64,000 bases of DNA from the NCBI GenBank assembly GCA_018303805.1, contig JAGVXL010000001.1, positions 305,528 through 369,527 of the forward strand, given 5' to 3'. The notes beneath the pieces were generated by a model. That model did no database searches, was not told the origin of the DNA, and saw nothing but the letters and a program-made list of their open reading frames with translations. The position numbers and the translations under genes were made by a program. This DNA comes from Candidatus Pacearchaeota archaeon. Lineage in GTDB: Archaea > Nanobdellota > Nanobdellia > Pacearchaeales > DTIR01. This document shows positions 8,101 to 14,814 of the stretch, piece by piece (the first letter of the stretch is position 1; every line of letters starts with the position of its first letter).

Positions 8101-10129
8101 ATGTGATGTTAGTGAAGTTTGTTGAATTTGTGTATCTTCTTGTCTCGTTGATGCTTCCGTTTGAATAGTAAATATAGAATGTTATGCTTGCAAAATTGGT
8201 TTCATTGTATGTTATGTTTGTGAAGATTGATGTTGCAGTTACATTTGAGGCATCTGCTGTTGTTGTTGCAGCATATGCTACAACAGGGGCTGTGTTATCT
8301 ATTGTTATCTTTCTTGTTGAGCTTGTGCCATTATTACTTGCAAAATCAGAGGCGTTGATGTAAAGAGTGTAAGTGGCATCTGCAAGATTATCGCTATTAA
8401 GAGGGAATGTAAAGGCAGTTGCATTTATCCTTGTCATGTTTGTCCAATTTCTGAAATCACCACCACCTATATAAGATATGTAAGTGCCATCAAGTTGGTA
8501 ATAAGAGCTGTTTGAGTGCTTCATTGCTCCATACACTGCTGAAACATTCTCATTCACAGTAACATTTATGTTATCTGCAGAGCCTGTCAAGTTTGTGTCT
8601 GCTGAAGGTGCTGTTATTCCAATAGTAGGGGCGGTGTTATCTGTTATATAGATAAAAGAGGAATTTGTTCTTGTGTTGCCTGCTGCATCTGTTGCAGTTA
8701 CACGCCACCAGAATGTGCCATCACTTGCAAGCGTACTCATTGTAACAGTGCCTGTAGTTCTATCTGTAACTTCCCTAGTTTCATTAATGCTCGTGAAAGC
8801 AGAATCTGTAGCTATTTGAATAGTATAGTTGATGAAGTTTGCTTCTGTTACCGTTTCCCATGTTAGTGTTGGGGTTCTTATAGTAGAATTTGTATTGTTT
8901 GCAGGTGTGTTGAGTGTGAATGCTGTTGGAGCAGTGTTATCTATCGTTATCTTGCGAGTAGAATTCTCAAGCATATTTCCTGCCAAGTCAGTTGCGTTGA
9001 TGTAAAGAGTGTAAGTTCCATCTTTAAAAATATTTGAATTTAAGGTAGCGTTAAAAAAGGATGTTGAACCTGATTGATATAATCTCGTCCAGGTTTGATA
9101 ACTTCCTGTGAGTTTTGTGCCAGAATTATCAAGTGCATAATAACCTGTTGAGTTCTTTATAGCAGCATAAATATCTGATGTATTAACACTTGTGGGCCAT
9201 GTGTCATTAACCTGCACTGTTATGTTGTCTGATGCTCCTGTTAAGTTTGTATCTGCTGAAGGCGAAATAACACTGACATTTGGCGATGCAGTATCAGCTG
9301 TTATATTCCATTTTGCTTCAGTCATTGCATTTGCATTTGAGGAATTATCTCTTGCATTAACTCTTATAGTGAAATTATCTCCGCTTGCTAAACCTGTTAT
9401 GTATGTATAGCTTACTTGAAAGCCATTCGTGATTGCAGTGATAGTTTCAATAACATTTGCAAATGGCGCGGCATTCTTGGAAACCTCCAAGACAATAGTG
9501 CTTGTGTTAACACCCATGCCCCCATCTGTTATGTTAATGTAAACAGTAGGCGTAGTATCAGAAGTGAAATTGTTTGGGCCAGGCAGTTGGTTAGAGAAAG
9601 TAGGTACAATCGTATCGTTTACAGTCATTGTCTGATTAAAGGATTCTATGGTCCCATTGTCGTACTTTATTGTAACATTTATGCCATAAATTCCTTCAAC
9701 TGAACTATTTATTCCAATCCAGAAACTTCTGTTATTAATTGAGGTGCCGTTAATCAAACCGAATGTATTATTGATCCAGTTTAATGTATTACCATAATAA
9801 GAAAAATTAGCAACACCTGTTATCCCGCTTACTAATGGTGAAGAGCCATTTGAACTTGCATTGAATCCAAATCCAGTCGGCAGTGTTATATTGAACTGGG
9901 TAATGTTAACGGCTGCTTGGGTATTGTTAACTGTAAAATTTATTACATTATAAGTTAAATTAAACGGCTCTATTGTTGTTACATCTGCACTGGCTTGGAA
10001 TACAGCAGCAAGAATAAGATAAACAGAAAAAATAGTCATGGCAAGCAAAGCCATGAAAAAAATTGTCTTGTGCTTTCTCAACGCAGCATACTTGCTTTTC
10101 AAGAAAGATTCAAGTGAATAGGCATGCAT
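2159..10129 (-). CDS. giant (2656 aa) secreted surface protein or adhesin built from repeated Ig-like/FN3-like modules, extremely rich in N-glycosylation sequons
   Basis: An uninterrupted 7.97-kb ORF with an N-terminal signal/TM (IFFMALLAMTIFSVYLILAAVFQASA). Module boundaries recur as I/LDNTAP and LDTTAP. There are about 20 N-x-S/T sequons in the first ~215 residues and a similar density throughout. No C-terminal TM helix. Confidence 0.9.
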   Translation of the reverse strand: MHAYSLESFLKSKYAALRKHKTIFFMALLAMTIFSVYLILAAVFQASADVTTIEPFNLTYNVINFTVNNTQAAVNITQFNITLPTGFGFNASSNGSSPLVSGITGVANFSYYGNTLNWINNTFGLINGTSINNRSFWIGINSSVEGIYGINVTIKYDNGTIESFNQTMTVNDTIVPTFSNQLPGPNNFTSDTTPTVYINITDGGMGVNTSTIVLEVSKNAAPFANVIETITAITNGFQVSYTYITGLASGDNFTIRVNARDNSSNANAMTEAKWNITADTASPNVSVISPSADTNLTGASDNITVQVNDTWPTSVNTSDIYAAIKNSTGYYALDNSGTKLTGSYQTWTRLYQSGSTSFFNATLNSNIFKDGTYTLYINATDLAGNMLENSTRKITIDNTAPTAFTLNTPANNTNSTIRTPTLTWETVTEANFINYTIQIATDSAFTSINETREVTDRTTGTVTMSTLASDGTFWWRVTATDAAGNTRTNSSFIYITDNTAPTIGITAPSADTNLTGSADNINVTVNENVSAVYGAMKHSNSSYYQLDGTYISYIGGGDFRNWTNMTRINATAFTFPLNSDNLADATYTLYINASDFASNNGTSSTRKITIDNTAPVVAYAATTTADASNVTATSIFTNITYNETNFASITFYIYYSNGSINETRRYTNSTNFTNITLSEGTYSFSATVSDAAGNNGSVSNRTVTLDTTAPVVSYAAVTPSDASNRSINSIFVNITYNETNYASIIFYLYNSNGAINTIRTHTNFTNFTNFTGLADGTYLFSATVNDTANNPTALSNRTVTLDTTVPSAFNLIVPTNATISTNRTPTLQWESTNEINFVNYTMQIDDNSDFSSLVNTTGTYANATNKTGVTGTTLGADTVYYWRVTAWDAADNSRAAPAFTYTTDNTVPIINITVPANNSNLTGAADNLTVQVVDTNINNTAVWVALFNSTNHYNLDATAVVGDYRNFTKLKVSSGDFYNATINSNNFADGSYRINLTAVDLAGNINSNSSINITIDNNGPSSSDLTPANATFTNTQTPTIYINITDTASKVDNNSIEFQIKVNAGAWVNVTTYTNATRKNIPNGIQVSYTAEPLSDGDVVRVYVDAKDMVANSMTRANWSFTIDLIALVITIGAPSTNNTNQTASDVNITAQITDTNRNNSDVWAALKNTTAYYTLAGVQATGDYRTWTNLVRSGSSNFFNNTLNANNFADGEYRIYVNASDLGGNLVENKSLVLHIDNTPPLITLSTPDTFANTSVTNMSFVWTANDSQDTSLTCNLTLNSVVNRSNFEASNNTAVANLSVSAAGLSNGTHTWNVTCIDDVKNINTSATRTFYVETGAPTVTLNAPANLTNSSSTTIKVNWTATSSTYSTLYCNVSLDNIAINNSVSSSIAVTNGTNNNWYNFTGLSQGVHNGNVTCWSPVYTTTSSTNTFTVDTTAPSVTLISPSPANLTNISSTTPTVAFNVSDNLAANFTCELFADGGTSKGTNWTVNNDTNADALQNGTIVSSALSQATHTFYVNCSDYAGNTGRSQIRTITVDATAPVVSYASATPADASNISATSIFTNITYNETNFASITFYIYYSNGSINETRRYTNSTNFTNITLSEGTYSFSATVSDAAGNNGSVSNRTVTLDTTAPVVSYAAVTPADASNRSINSIFVNITYNETNYQGIIFYLYNSNGAINTIRTHTNFTNFTNFTGLADGTYLFSATVNDTANNPTALSNRTVTLDTTAPVLQIRAPANNTNQTTTEAVNVTVNITDTNWNVSDVWASLKTGSTYYNLNGTQATGDYRTWSRLDQSGTSAFFNGTLNASNFSDGTYTIYANTSDAAENSGTAPLMTIVIDKTAPVIQNISYNNASVGTSVGITFNVTDATSGVSGATAAIGNCTIYFNATLMASILYSSAKGGCNTSFTVPGTFTPGNYTLGINVTDWANNNGTNTSYRIQIFSDTEAPTITVSAPANNTNQSSTSLNVSWTATDNIDTSLGGLGCNITIGNTNTTTSATSGTLNSTLVTVSAGDNQFVNVSCWDDATNNNKSATYTFTIDNTNPVVAFAAVTPSDASNRSINSIFVNITYNETNYQSLTFYLYNSNGALNTARTHTNFTNFTNFTGLADGTYLFSATVTDSSGNNGTVSNRSVTLDTTSPVAAYAAVTPVDLSNRSISSIFVNITYNETNFASITFYVYYSNASINTTRTHTNFTNFTNVTLSDETYSFSATVTDAAGNNNSVANRTVTLDTTAPTVTLQIANNTNQTSATFIANWSVTDNLDNVFECDIYLNSARNTTTAVGGITAGTNANRYNISGLAQGNFNWYANCSDSASNVGTSSSRQFTVDSSVPAVTINQPEADDFNRSSLLINVTATDAYTNVTNTTLQYRFVNTSGIGNTTVWDNFTLTTMISATVTYDVTTLIDGTYTIQVRANDTVNNQNATANVSITIDNTAPALTSWNYSSISKNLTLVFNETMDPSSIDLSKIAVNYSDYLGTPILTRITAGSVVTSSNSSTLSTTINISLGAADYNELDPHADENMKLTIQANAIRDRAGSNVVANYTKITAWTKHTIRRPEAYGNTYSQNTWVSPSFSFTALQNVSSLGSNYNVTNVLASMRGSYTIFYAYNFTSGSWLAYEPGVGGTFANFTSTTDSRAYEIYMNRTDALEIV
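4933..5473 (-). repeat. 541-bp intragenic repeat, copy B (two Ig-like modules)
   Basis: Aligns without indels to 7717-8257 at a constant offset of 2784. I counted about 35 mismatches by eye, roughly 93 percent identity. More diverged copies lie at about 3400-3960. Confidence 0.85.
7717..8257 (-). repeat. 541-bp intragenic repeat, copy A
   Basis: See 4933-5473. Both copies encode ...TAPVVSYAAVTP.DASNRSINSIFVNITYNETNY..IIFYLYNSNGAINTIRTHTNFTNFTNFTGLADGTYLFSATVNDTANNPTALSNRTVTLDTT. Confidence 0.85.
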
Positions 10130-10334
10130 TCTAATTTTACCTCTTTAACTCCTCTTTTAATATAAAAATTATAATACTTTATGCATTTTGGGGTTTTTAA
10201 ATCTTTTTCTTTTTTCAGCCATTCTGGAAAAATATGGGAAATTAATTCTCCGACGATAAACAAAAAGATTAGTACTGTAAAAAGGATATAATCCAAAAAT
10301 CAAAAAAGAGAGATTTTAGCCTTTAGCCTTTTGG

Positions 10335-10399
10335 TTTCCGCGAAAAGCAGGCAATCCTCGCCGAAGCGAGCATCACGGGCTTTTCGGGGCACAGGAAAT
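10335..10399 (-). repeat. 65-nt structured element, copy 2 (inverted partner of 35-99)
   Basis: Reverse complement of 35-99 with 2 mismatches. On the minus strand it lies upstream of the giant gene and its promoter region. Confidence 0.85.
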
Positions 10400-10471
10400 T
10401 TCTGATTTCCTTGTGTTAGGACTTCAAAATCTTTCAGATTTTGATAGTGCTCAGGAATTAAAGATTCCTGA
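10393..10471. other. cluster of three perfect small hairpins
   Basis: AGGAAAT-ttctg-ATTTCCT (10393-10411). TCAAAATCT-ttc-AGATTTTGA (10424-10444). TCAGGAAT-taaag-ATTCCTGA (10451-10471). Confidence 0.6.
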
Positions 10472-10592
10472 CATGTTTAGAAAGAAAGATAAAAAAAGAG
10501 ATTTTTGCCATTGAATAAGAATATTAACCCTATTCAGGGAAACAGGCAAAATAAAGCTTGGCTTGGATAAATCTCCCAGCTTCTGGCATCTC

Positions 10593-10853
10593 TCACTTTC
10601 TTTTCAGCTGCACAAATAGAATTGCGATTATCGCCAGAATAACAATAATCGCGCCTGCGCCGGCAATTAAGAATATCTTGCTTATCTTTGGTTTCTCAGT
10701 TGTTATGACTGGTTTTTCAGCAGGCACCTCAGCAGGCTTCTCTGCAGGGGTTTCCTCTTCTGCTGGCGTTTCAACAGCAGGAGCAACATAAACCAAAGAT
10801 TTTACAGTTATGTCTGCCTTCATCGTATTGAGATTCACGCTGTTAAGCATCAA
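10593..10853 (-). CDS. duplicated C-terminal anchor cassette of the upstream 1182-aa protein (small anchored protein, remnant, or read-through extension)
   Basis: The 86-aa ORF LMLNSVNLNTMKADITVKSLVYVAPAVETP...TM...KRK parallels the last ~95 residues of the 10878-14426 product. DNA homology runs up to the TGA at 10878, and the ORF is in the same frame as the upstream gene. Confidence 0.4.
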   Translation of the reverse strand: MMLNSVNLNTMKADITVKSLVYVAPAVETPAEEETPAEKPAEVPAEKPVITTEKPKISKIFLIAGAGAIIVILAIIAILFVQLKRK

Positions 10854-10877
10854 TGATAGTTCATTAGATATTCTTTT

Positions 10878-13800
10878 TCACTTCTTCTTCAACTGCCTTG
10901 CCAATACTGCCAGAATTATAACTATAACAATAACAGTGATTATTCCTGCCCACAAAACTGCCTTGCTTATTCTTGGCTTCTCCACGGCTGCTGTTGGAGT
11001 TTCTGCAGCCCCTTCAGGAGGTGTTGTAGCGGGCTCAGATTGATTTCCTGCTGGCGTTTCAACAGCAGGAGCAACGTAAACTAATGACTTAACAGTTATA
11101 TTTGCCTTCATTGTGTTAAGATTGATGCTGTTAAGCATCAGTGAAATCTCATTTATTCCATCAGCATCTATATCAACAAGCTCTTCCTTGCCAACTTGCA
11201 ACAACTTTGTTAATACTACTGACCTTATCTGCACAGAGGCAGAACTTGCAGTCAAGCCAAGCAACTTTAGAGTGTGAGTTTCATTTTCTATCTTGAATTT
11301 AATGCTTTCACTAATACCTATTTCCTTGCTTGCACTTGTTAATTCATTCTCGCTTACATCATAAATTACTGTTGTGGTTGTTCCTCCGCCTCCTGCACTT
11401 GGTGTTGTTGTGCTTGTCGTCGTGGTGGTGGTAGTAGTCGCGCTTCCTGAAATCTTGTTTGCTGTTGTGGAGAAGTGAGGAATTGTAAGCCAGAAATAGC
11501 CTGCATGTCCTGTGGCATTATCATTAGTCACATTCATGTAGCATGACTGTATTGTCGGAGTTGCAGCTGCGGTTGTATTGCCGCATATCATGCCAGGAGT
11601 GCTGAACCATGAACTATTGAAATCAGAATAGTCTGAAGGTATTTGTGAAGTGCCAGTGCCGTTTGCAGTTGCATTCCATATTACATTGTTGTCATTGTCA
11701 TAGAGGAATGAAAGGTTTACATAGTAACTCCAGTTTTCATTTATAGTTGTGTTATAAGGAATTCCTATTATCACATAGTCATAGATATTAGGAGCAAGTG
11801 AGCCGAATTTCCATACCTGAGCCAACGCGCTTGAGCTTGAGCTTGCGCTTGAGGCATTATCATTCATTACAGCGTCAGGAGGTCCAGATGCAATCAAGTC
11901 AACATTAATAAAATAAAGTGTAATGTTGTTTGTAGTTTTCATTCGCAGATTGCTCTTGCCTGCCATCATTGCCTGCATAGGGTCAAAATCTGCTGTTTTT
12001 GAGTCTCCTATTTGGCATGTTGCTGCAGGAAGATAAACATTGCATGCAGTGCTGTATCTCATGAATTTCATCTCCATCCTGCTTCCTGTCATCTTGCTGT
12101 CTGAGAAACTGCCATTTTCCAGGATCATCATTGGCCTGAATGAATATAATGTTATGTTCGTCCTGTTTGCACCGAGATTAATCTTCTGCTCTTTAGGAGC
12201 AAACTGGCTGCCGAATACTCTTACCTTTACTTCCTGTGTGTTGTTAAGTATTGACATATTAAACTTGCCATTTGTCAATGATTCAATTATGTAATGCATT
12301 GTCCCGAAGACGTTGTTGTTTTTTACAATCACCTCAACATGCGCATCCTGTGGAGCAGTGCCGTTGCTGTCCATTATCGCAACTTCTATCTTGCTGGTAT
12401 TTACTACTCCACCCATAGAATATTTGCCGAGCAGCCTTACAAGAGTAAGATTAAAAATCTGGGCACTGTTGCTCATTGTTATGTTCTGGAATATTGCAGA
12501 GTATTCTCCTTCTGCCCCTAAAGCACTTGAATTTTCAGCATATGCCTCAATCAGCCAGCTTATTCCGCCTGCAGCACCCATTAATGTAAGATTAAATGCT
12601 CCAAGTGTGCAGCCTCTCGCACCATTCAAGCCAGAGCCACTTCTCCCAAGAATGAACGAGCTTGTGTCATCTCCATCAAAATCTGAAACCTCTCCTTTCA
12701 TAGGAGGCACAAAACCTTCCCATGGAATCATTTTTGCAATTATATCCTTAACATCAACAGGGGTTGTATTCCCCAATATATTTACACATCCTGTCAAGTT
12801 ATAACTCCCAAAAGCCAAACTCTTGTTTATTGTAACAAGATGAGGGGTTGAATTAACCTCTGATGAATTCTGATATGATAGAATATTATTGCTTGTGATG
12901 CTTATGCTCATTGGAGGGGATGGACAATCAGATGCATTCATATAGCCAGGGCCTGCACAAATAGCTGGAGTCCCAGTCATATTAAAATTAAATGGGTCTC
13001 TCAAGAATATAACTGTATAGTTCCTGTTTGATGGCACAATCACATCAGCAGTCGCTGTGTCTCCTTGGATGTTGCTTTCAATAGGAAATCCTAATGACTG
13101 GTCCATAATTATATAGCCAAACCTCATTGCTCTTGTATCGTTAGTAATATAAGGGGGAGCACCTGTTCCATTTAAAGTAATATTATTATTTGCAAAAAGC
13201 CTTAATGTTGTTGCATTCTGCAAGTAGATTGTTCCGCCCTGCATATTGAACACAAGAGGCTCGCGAGGCAGAGGAGGCAAACTTGGGCCTATTTCTGTTA
13301 CGAGTCCTGCAGAATTATTAAGAAAAACCTTTAATTTATAGATTGTCATCTGCTGTCCCCCAGAGCCATTGTTCTGTATGTCTGTCAGGTTGAACTGCCC
13401 GTTTGCTGATGTTAGGACAGACCTCAAAAATCTTTCTGTTGGCGGCCCTTGCTGTCCCATTATAAACTCATACATGCTTACATTTGCTCCTGAAACATTA
13501 TCGTAAGTGGAATTTTTTACCCAGCCCGAAATAGAGAAGGCATTTACAGTTACTGTGTTGTTAATGCTGGAATAGTTTATATTGTTAGATGTATCTCTGA
13601 CTTGACAATACCATGTATATGTTCCTGGCATTTGAATTGTTTGTGTGAAGTTTGTCTGGTTGTAGGTGCCTGAAACATTAGATGAATTCACGAGGCGCGA
13701 CTGCGGCGTAAATGGACCTCCAGATATAACTTCCAGCATCCACAAATCAATTCTTAGCAATGCTACATTGTCAGAAGCATTGCAGCTGAAATTGACAGTT

Positions 13801-14426
13801 GATGTTGTGTTAAAGGTTGAAAAGTTATTTATGTTAAGTGTTTGATATCCCAAATATCTTGTCGTGTTTATACTTTCGACTAAAGGGGATGTATTATCCT
13901 GCACAGTTATGCTTATGTTAGTTGAATTTACATTAGAGCTATTATCATATATAGATACATTAATGCCGTATGTGCCAGAGGGAAGACTCGCATTAACATA
14001 AACCCAGAAATTTCTTGGGGCGGCGCTTGTAATCAGGCTTATTCCATTTGTGGCAGTTCCATTTGCAATGCTCCAGTTTAAAGTTAGTGAATCTTGAAGT
14101 GAATGGTTTGCTGCGCTTCTCTGCAAGACAGCACTTTCCGCATCTGTGCCATTCAGATTAGTGATTATTTCAAAGCCATTTGGAAAAGTTACAAGCACGT
14201 TAGTTATATTGTCACTTGCGTTATTATTTGAAACAGTAAATGTAAAATTGGTTTCATTATTTGTAGAATTTTTAGCTTGTATACTCGGGGGTACAGGAGA
14301 AGAGAGCACAGCTTGAGCAGGAGCCCTGCCTGCATTAATCAGATAGATAGCAAAAACAGAAATAATTACAAATGCTAAAACTACAAATAACGAGAATAAT
14401 AAAACCTGTTTGCCTCTTTTATTCAT
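10878..14426 (-). CDS. large (1182 aa) sequon-rich surface protein with a Thr-rich linker and C-terminal TM anchor
   Basis: N-terminal signal/TM (VLLFSLFVVLAFVIISVFAIYLINA). Dense N-x-S/T sequons. A TTTTTTTSTTTPSAGGGGTTTT linker. A Pro/Glu/Thr stalk. A C-terminal TM helix ending in RQLKKK. The N-terminal ~130-aa module is homologous to that of the giant protein. Confidence 0.9.
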   Translation of the reverse strand: MNKRGKQVLLFSLFVVLAFVIISVFAIYLINAGRAPAQAVLSSPVPPSIQAKNSTNNETNFTFTVSNNNASDNITNVLVTFPNGFEIITNLNGTDAESAVLQRSAANHSLQDSLTLNWSIANGTATNGISLITSAAPRNFWVYVNASLPSGTYGINVSIYDNSSNVNSTNISITVQDNTSPLVESINTTRYLGYQTLNINNFSTFNTTSTVNFSCNASDNVALLRIDLWMLEVISGGPFTPQSRLVNSSNVSGTYNQTNFTQTIQMPGTYTWYCQVRDTSNNINYSSINNTVTVNAFSISGWVKNSTYDNVSGANVSMYEFIMGQQGPPTERFLRSVLTSANGQFNLTDIQNNGSGGQQMTIYKLKVFLNNSAGLVTEIGPSLPPLPREPLVFNMQGGTIYLQNATTLRLFANNNITLNGTGAPPYITNDTRAMRFGYIIMDQSLGFPIESNIQGDTATADVIVPSNRNYTVIFLRDPFNFNMTGTPAICAGPGYMNASDCPSPPMSISITSNNILSYQNSSEVNSTPHLVTINKSLAFGSYNLTGCVNILGNTTPVDVKDIIAKMIPWEGFVPPMKGEVSDFDGDDTSSFILGRSGSGLNGARGCTLGAFNLTLMGAAGGISWLIEAYAENSSALGAEGEYSAIFQNITMSNSAQIFNLTLVRLLGKYSMGGVVNTSKIEVAIMDSNGTAPQDAHVEVIVKNNNVFGTMHYIIESLTNGKFNMSILNNTQEVKVRVFGSQFAPKEQKINLGANRTNITLYSFRPMMILENGSFSDSKMTGSRMEMKFMRYSTACNVYLPAATCQIGDSKTADFDPMQAMMAGKSNLRMKTTNNITLYFINVDLIASGPPDAVMNDNASSASSSSSALAQVWKFGSLAPNIYDYVIIGIPYNTTINENWSYYVNLSFLYDNDNNVIWNATANGTGTSQIPSDYSDFNSSWFSTPGMICGNTTAAATPTIQSCYMNVTNDNATGHAGYFWLTIPHFSTTANKISGSATTTTTTTTSTTTPSAGGGGTTTTVIYDVSENELTSASKEIGISESIKFKIENETHTLKLLGLTASSASVQIRSVVLTKLLQVGKEELVDIDADGINEISLMLNSINLNTMKANITVKSLVYVAPAVETPAGNQSEPATTPPEGAAETPTAAVEKPRISKAVLWAGIITVIVIVIILAVLARQLKKK

Positions 14427-14560
14427 TTTTAATTCTAACTGGCTTCTGATATCTGATGATACCCAACCTCTTTTTTGGATATAACAAAATATACTGATAT
14501 ATATCTAAAATATGGTATTTAAAAACTTTTCTAAGTTTTGTATCTATGCCAAAGGCGCAA

Positions 14561-14722
14561 TCAGCCCCCATCAAGCATGCTGCTTACCTCTTTGACTAAG
14601 TCCTCTGCGGATTTCTCTTTCTTTACGCAGTTCATCCTGCCGCAATACGGGCATTTCTTTGGAATCTTTTCAGATTCAGAATCAAAGCGGTATCTGCATT
14701 GTGTGCAGATAAATGTTGTCAT
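14561..14722 (-). CDS. 53-aa zinc-ribbon protein (below the ORF-track cutoff)
   Basis: My translation is MTTFICTQCRYRFDSESEKIPKKCPYCGRMNCVKKEKSAEDLVKEVSSMLDGG. It has CxxC...CxxC pairs and a GGAG 7 nt upstream of the ATG. It replaces the implausible plus-strand ORF 14538-14786. Confidence 0.6.
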   Translation of the reverse strand: MTTFICTQCRYRFDSESEKIPKKCPYCGRMNCVKKEKSAEDLVKEVSSMLDGG

Positions 14723-14814
14723 TTTAGCTCCTGTTCTTAATTGTAGATTGCCTCTTTTTGCTTTTGATTATGCAAAATCAAGATAATTGGAATTTTTAAA
14801 TTTTTGGTTTTGGC

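Noticed and set aside
3081-9703. About a dozen plus-strand ORFs of 66-165 aa (for example 3081-3578, 3903-4364, 5166-5384, 7950-8168) inside the giant gene
   Set aside because: They are antisense shadow ORFs of a 7.97-kb minus-strand ORF with biased, repetitive composition. Their duplicated 'paralogues' simply mirror the intragenic repeat. They have no independent start context.
10099-10296. 65-aa minus-strand ORF overlapping the start of the giant gene
   Set aside because: It starts with TTG, overlaps the giant ORF by 31 nt in another frame, and covers the AT-rich promoter and SD region of the giant gene. This is more likely non-coding leader or promoter sequence.
35-10399. Invertible promoter switch (phase variation) driven by the 65-nt inverted repeat
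   Set aside because: The likely promoter and SD region of the giant gene (10130-10330) lies inside the segment and would invert with it. No recombinase gene is visible in the window. It is kept only as a low-probability option under the repeat finding.
10878-10880. TGA reassigned as a sense codon (alternative genetic code)
   Set aside because: TGA terminates many well-supported genes here at positions that match conserved protein ends and ATGA couplings, including the AbrB antitoxin, uS19 and the 62547-63245 nucleotidylyltransferase.
14538-14786. 82-aa plus-strand ORF
   Set aside because: The opposite strand encodes a compact CxxC...CxxC zinc-ribbon protein (14561-14722) with a proper ATG and GGAG. 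The plus-strand translation has no recognisable features.
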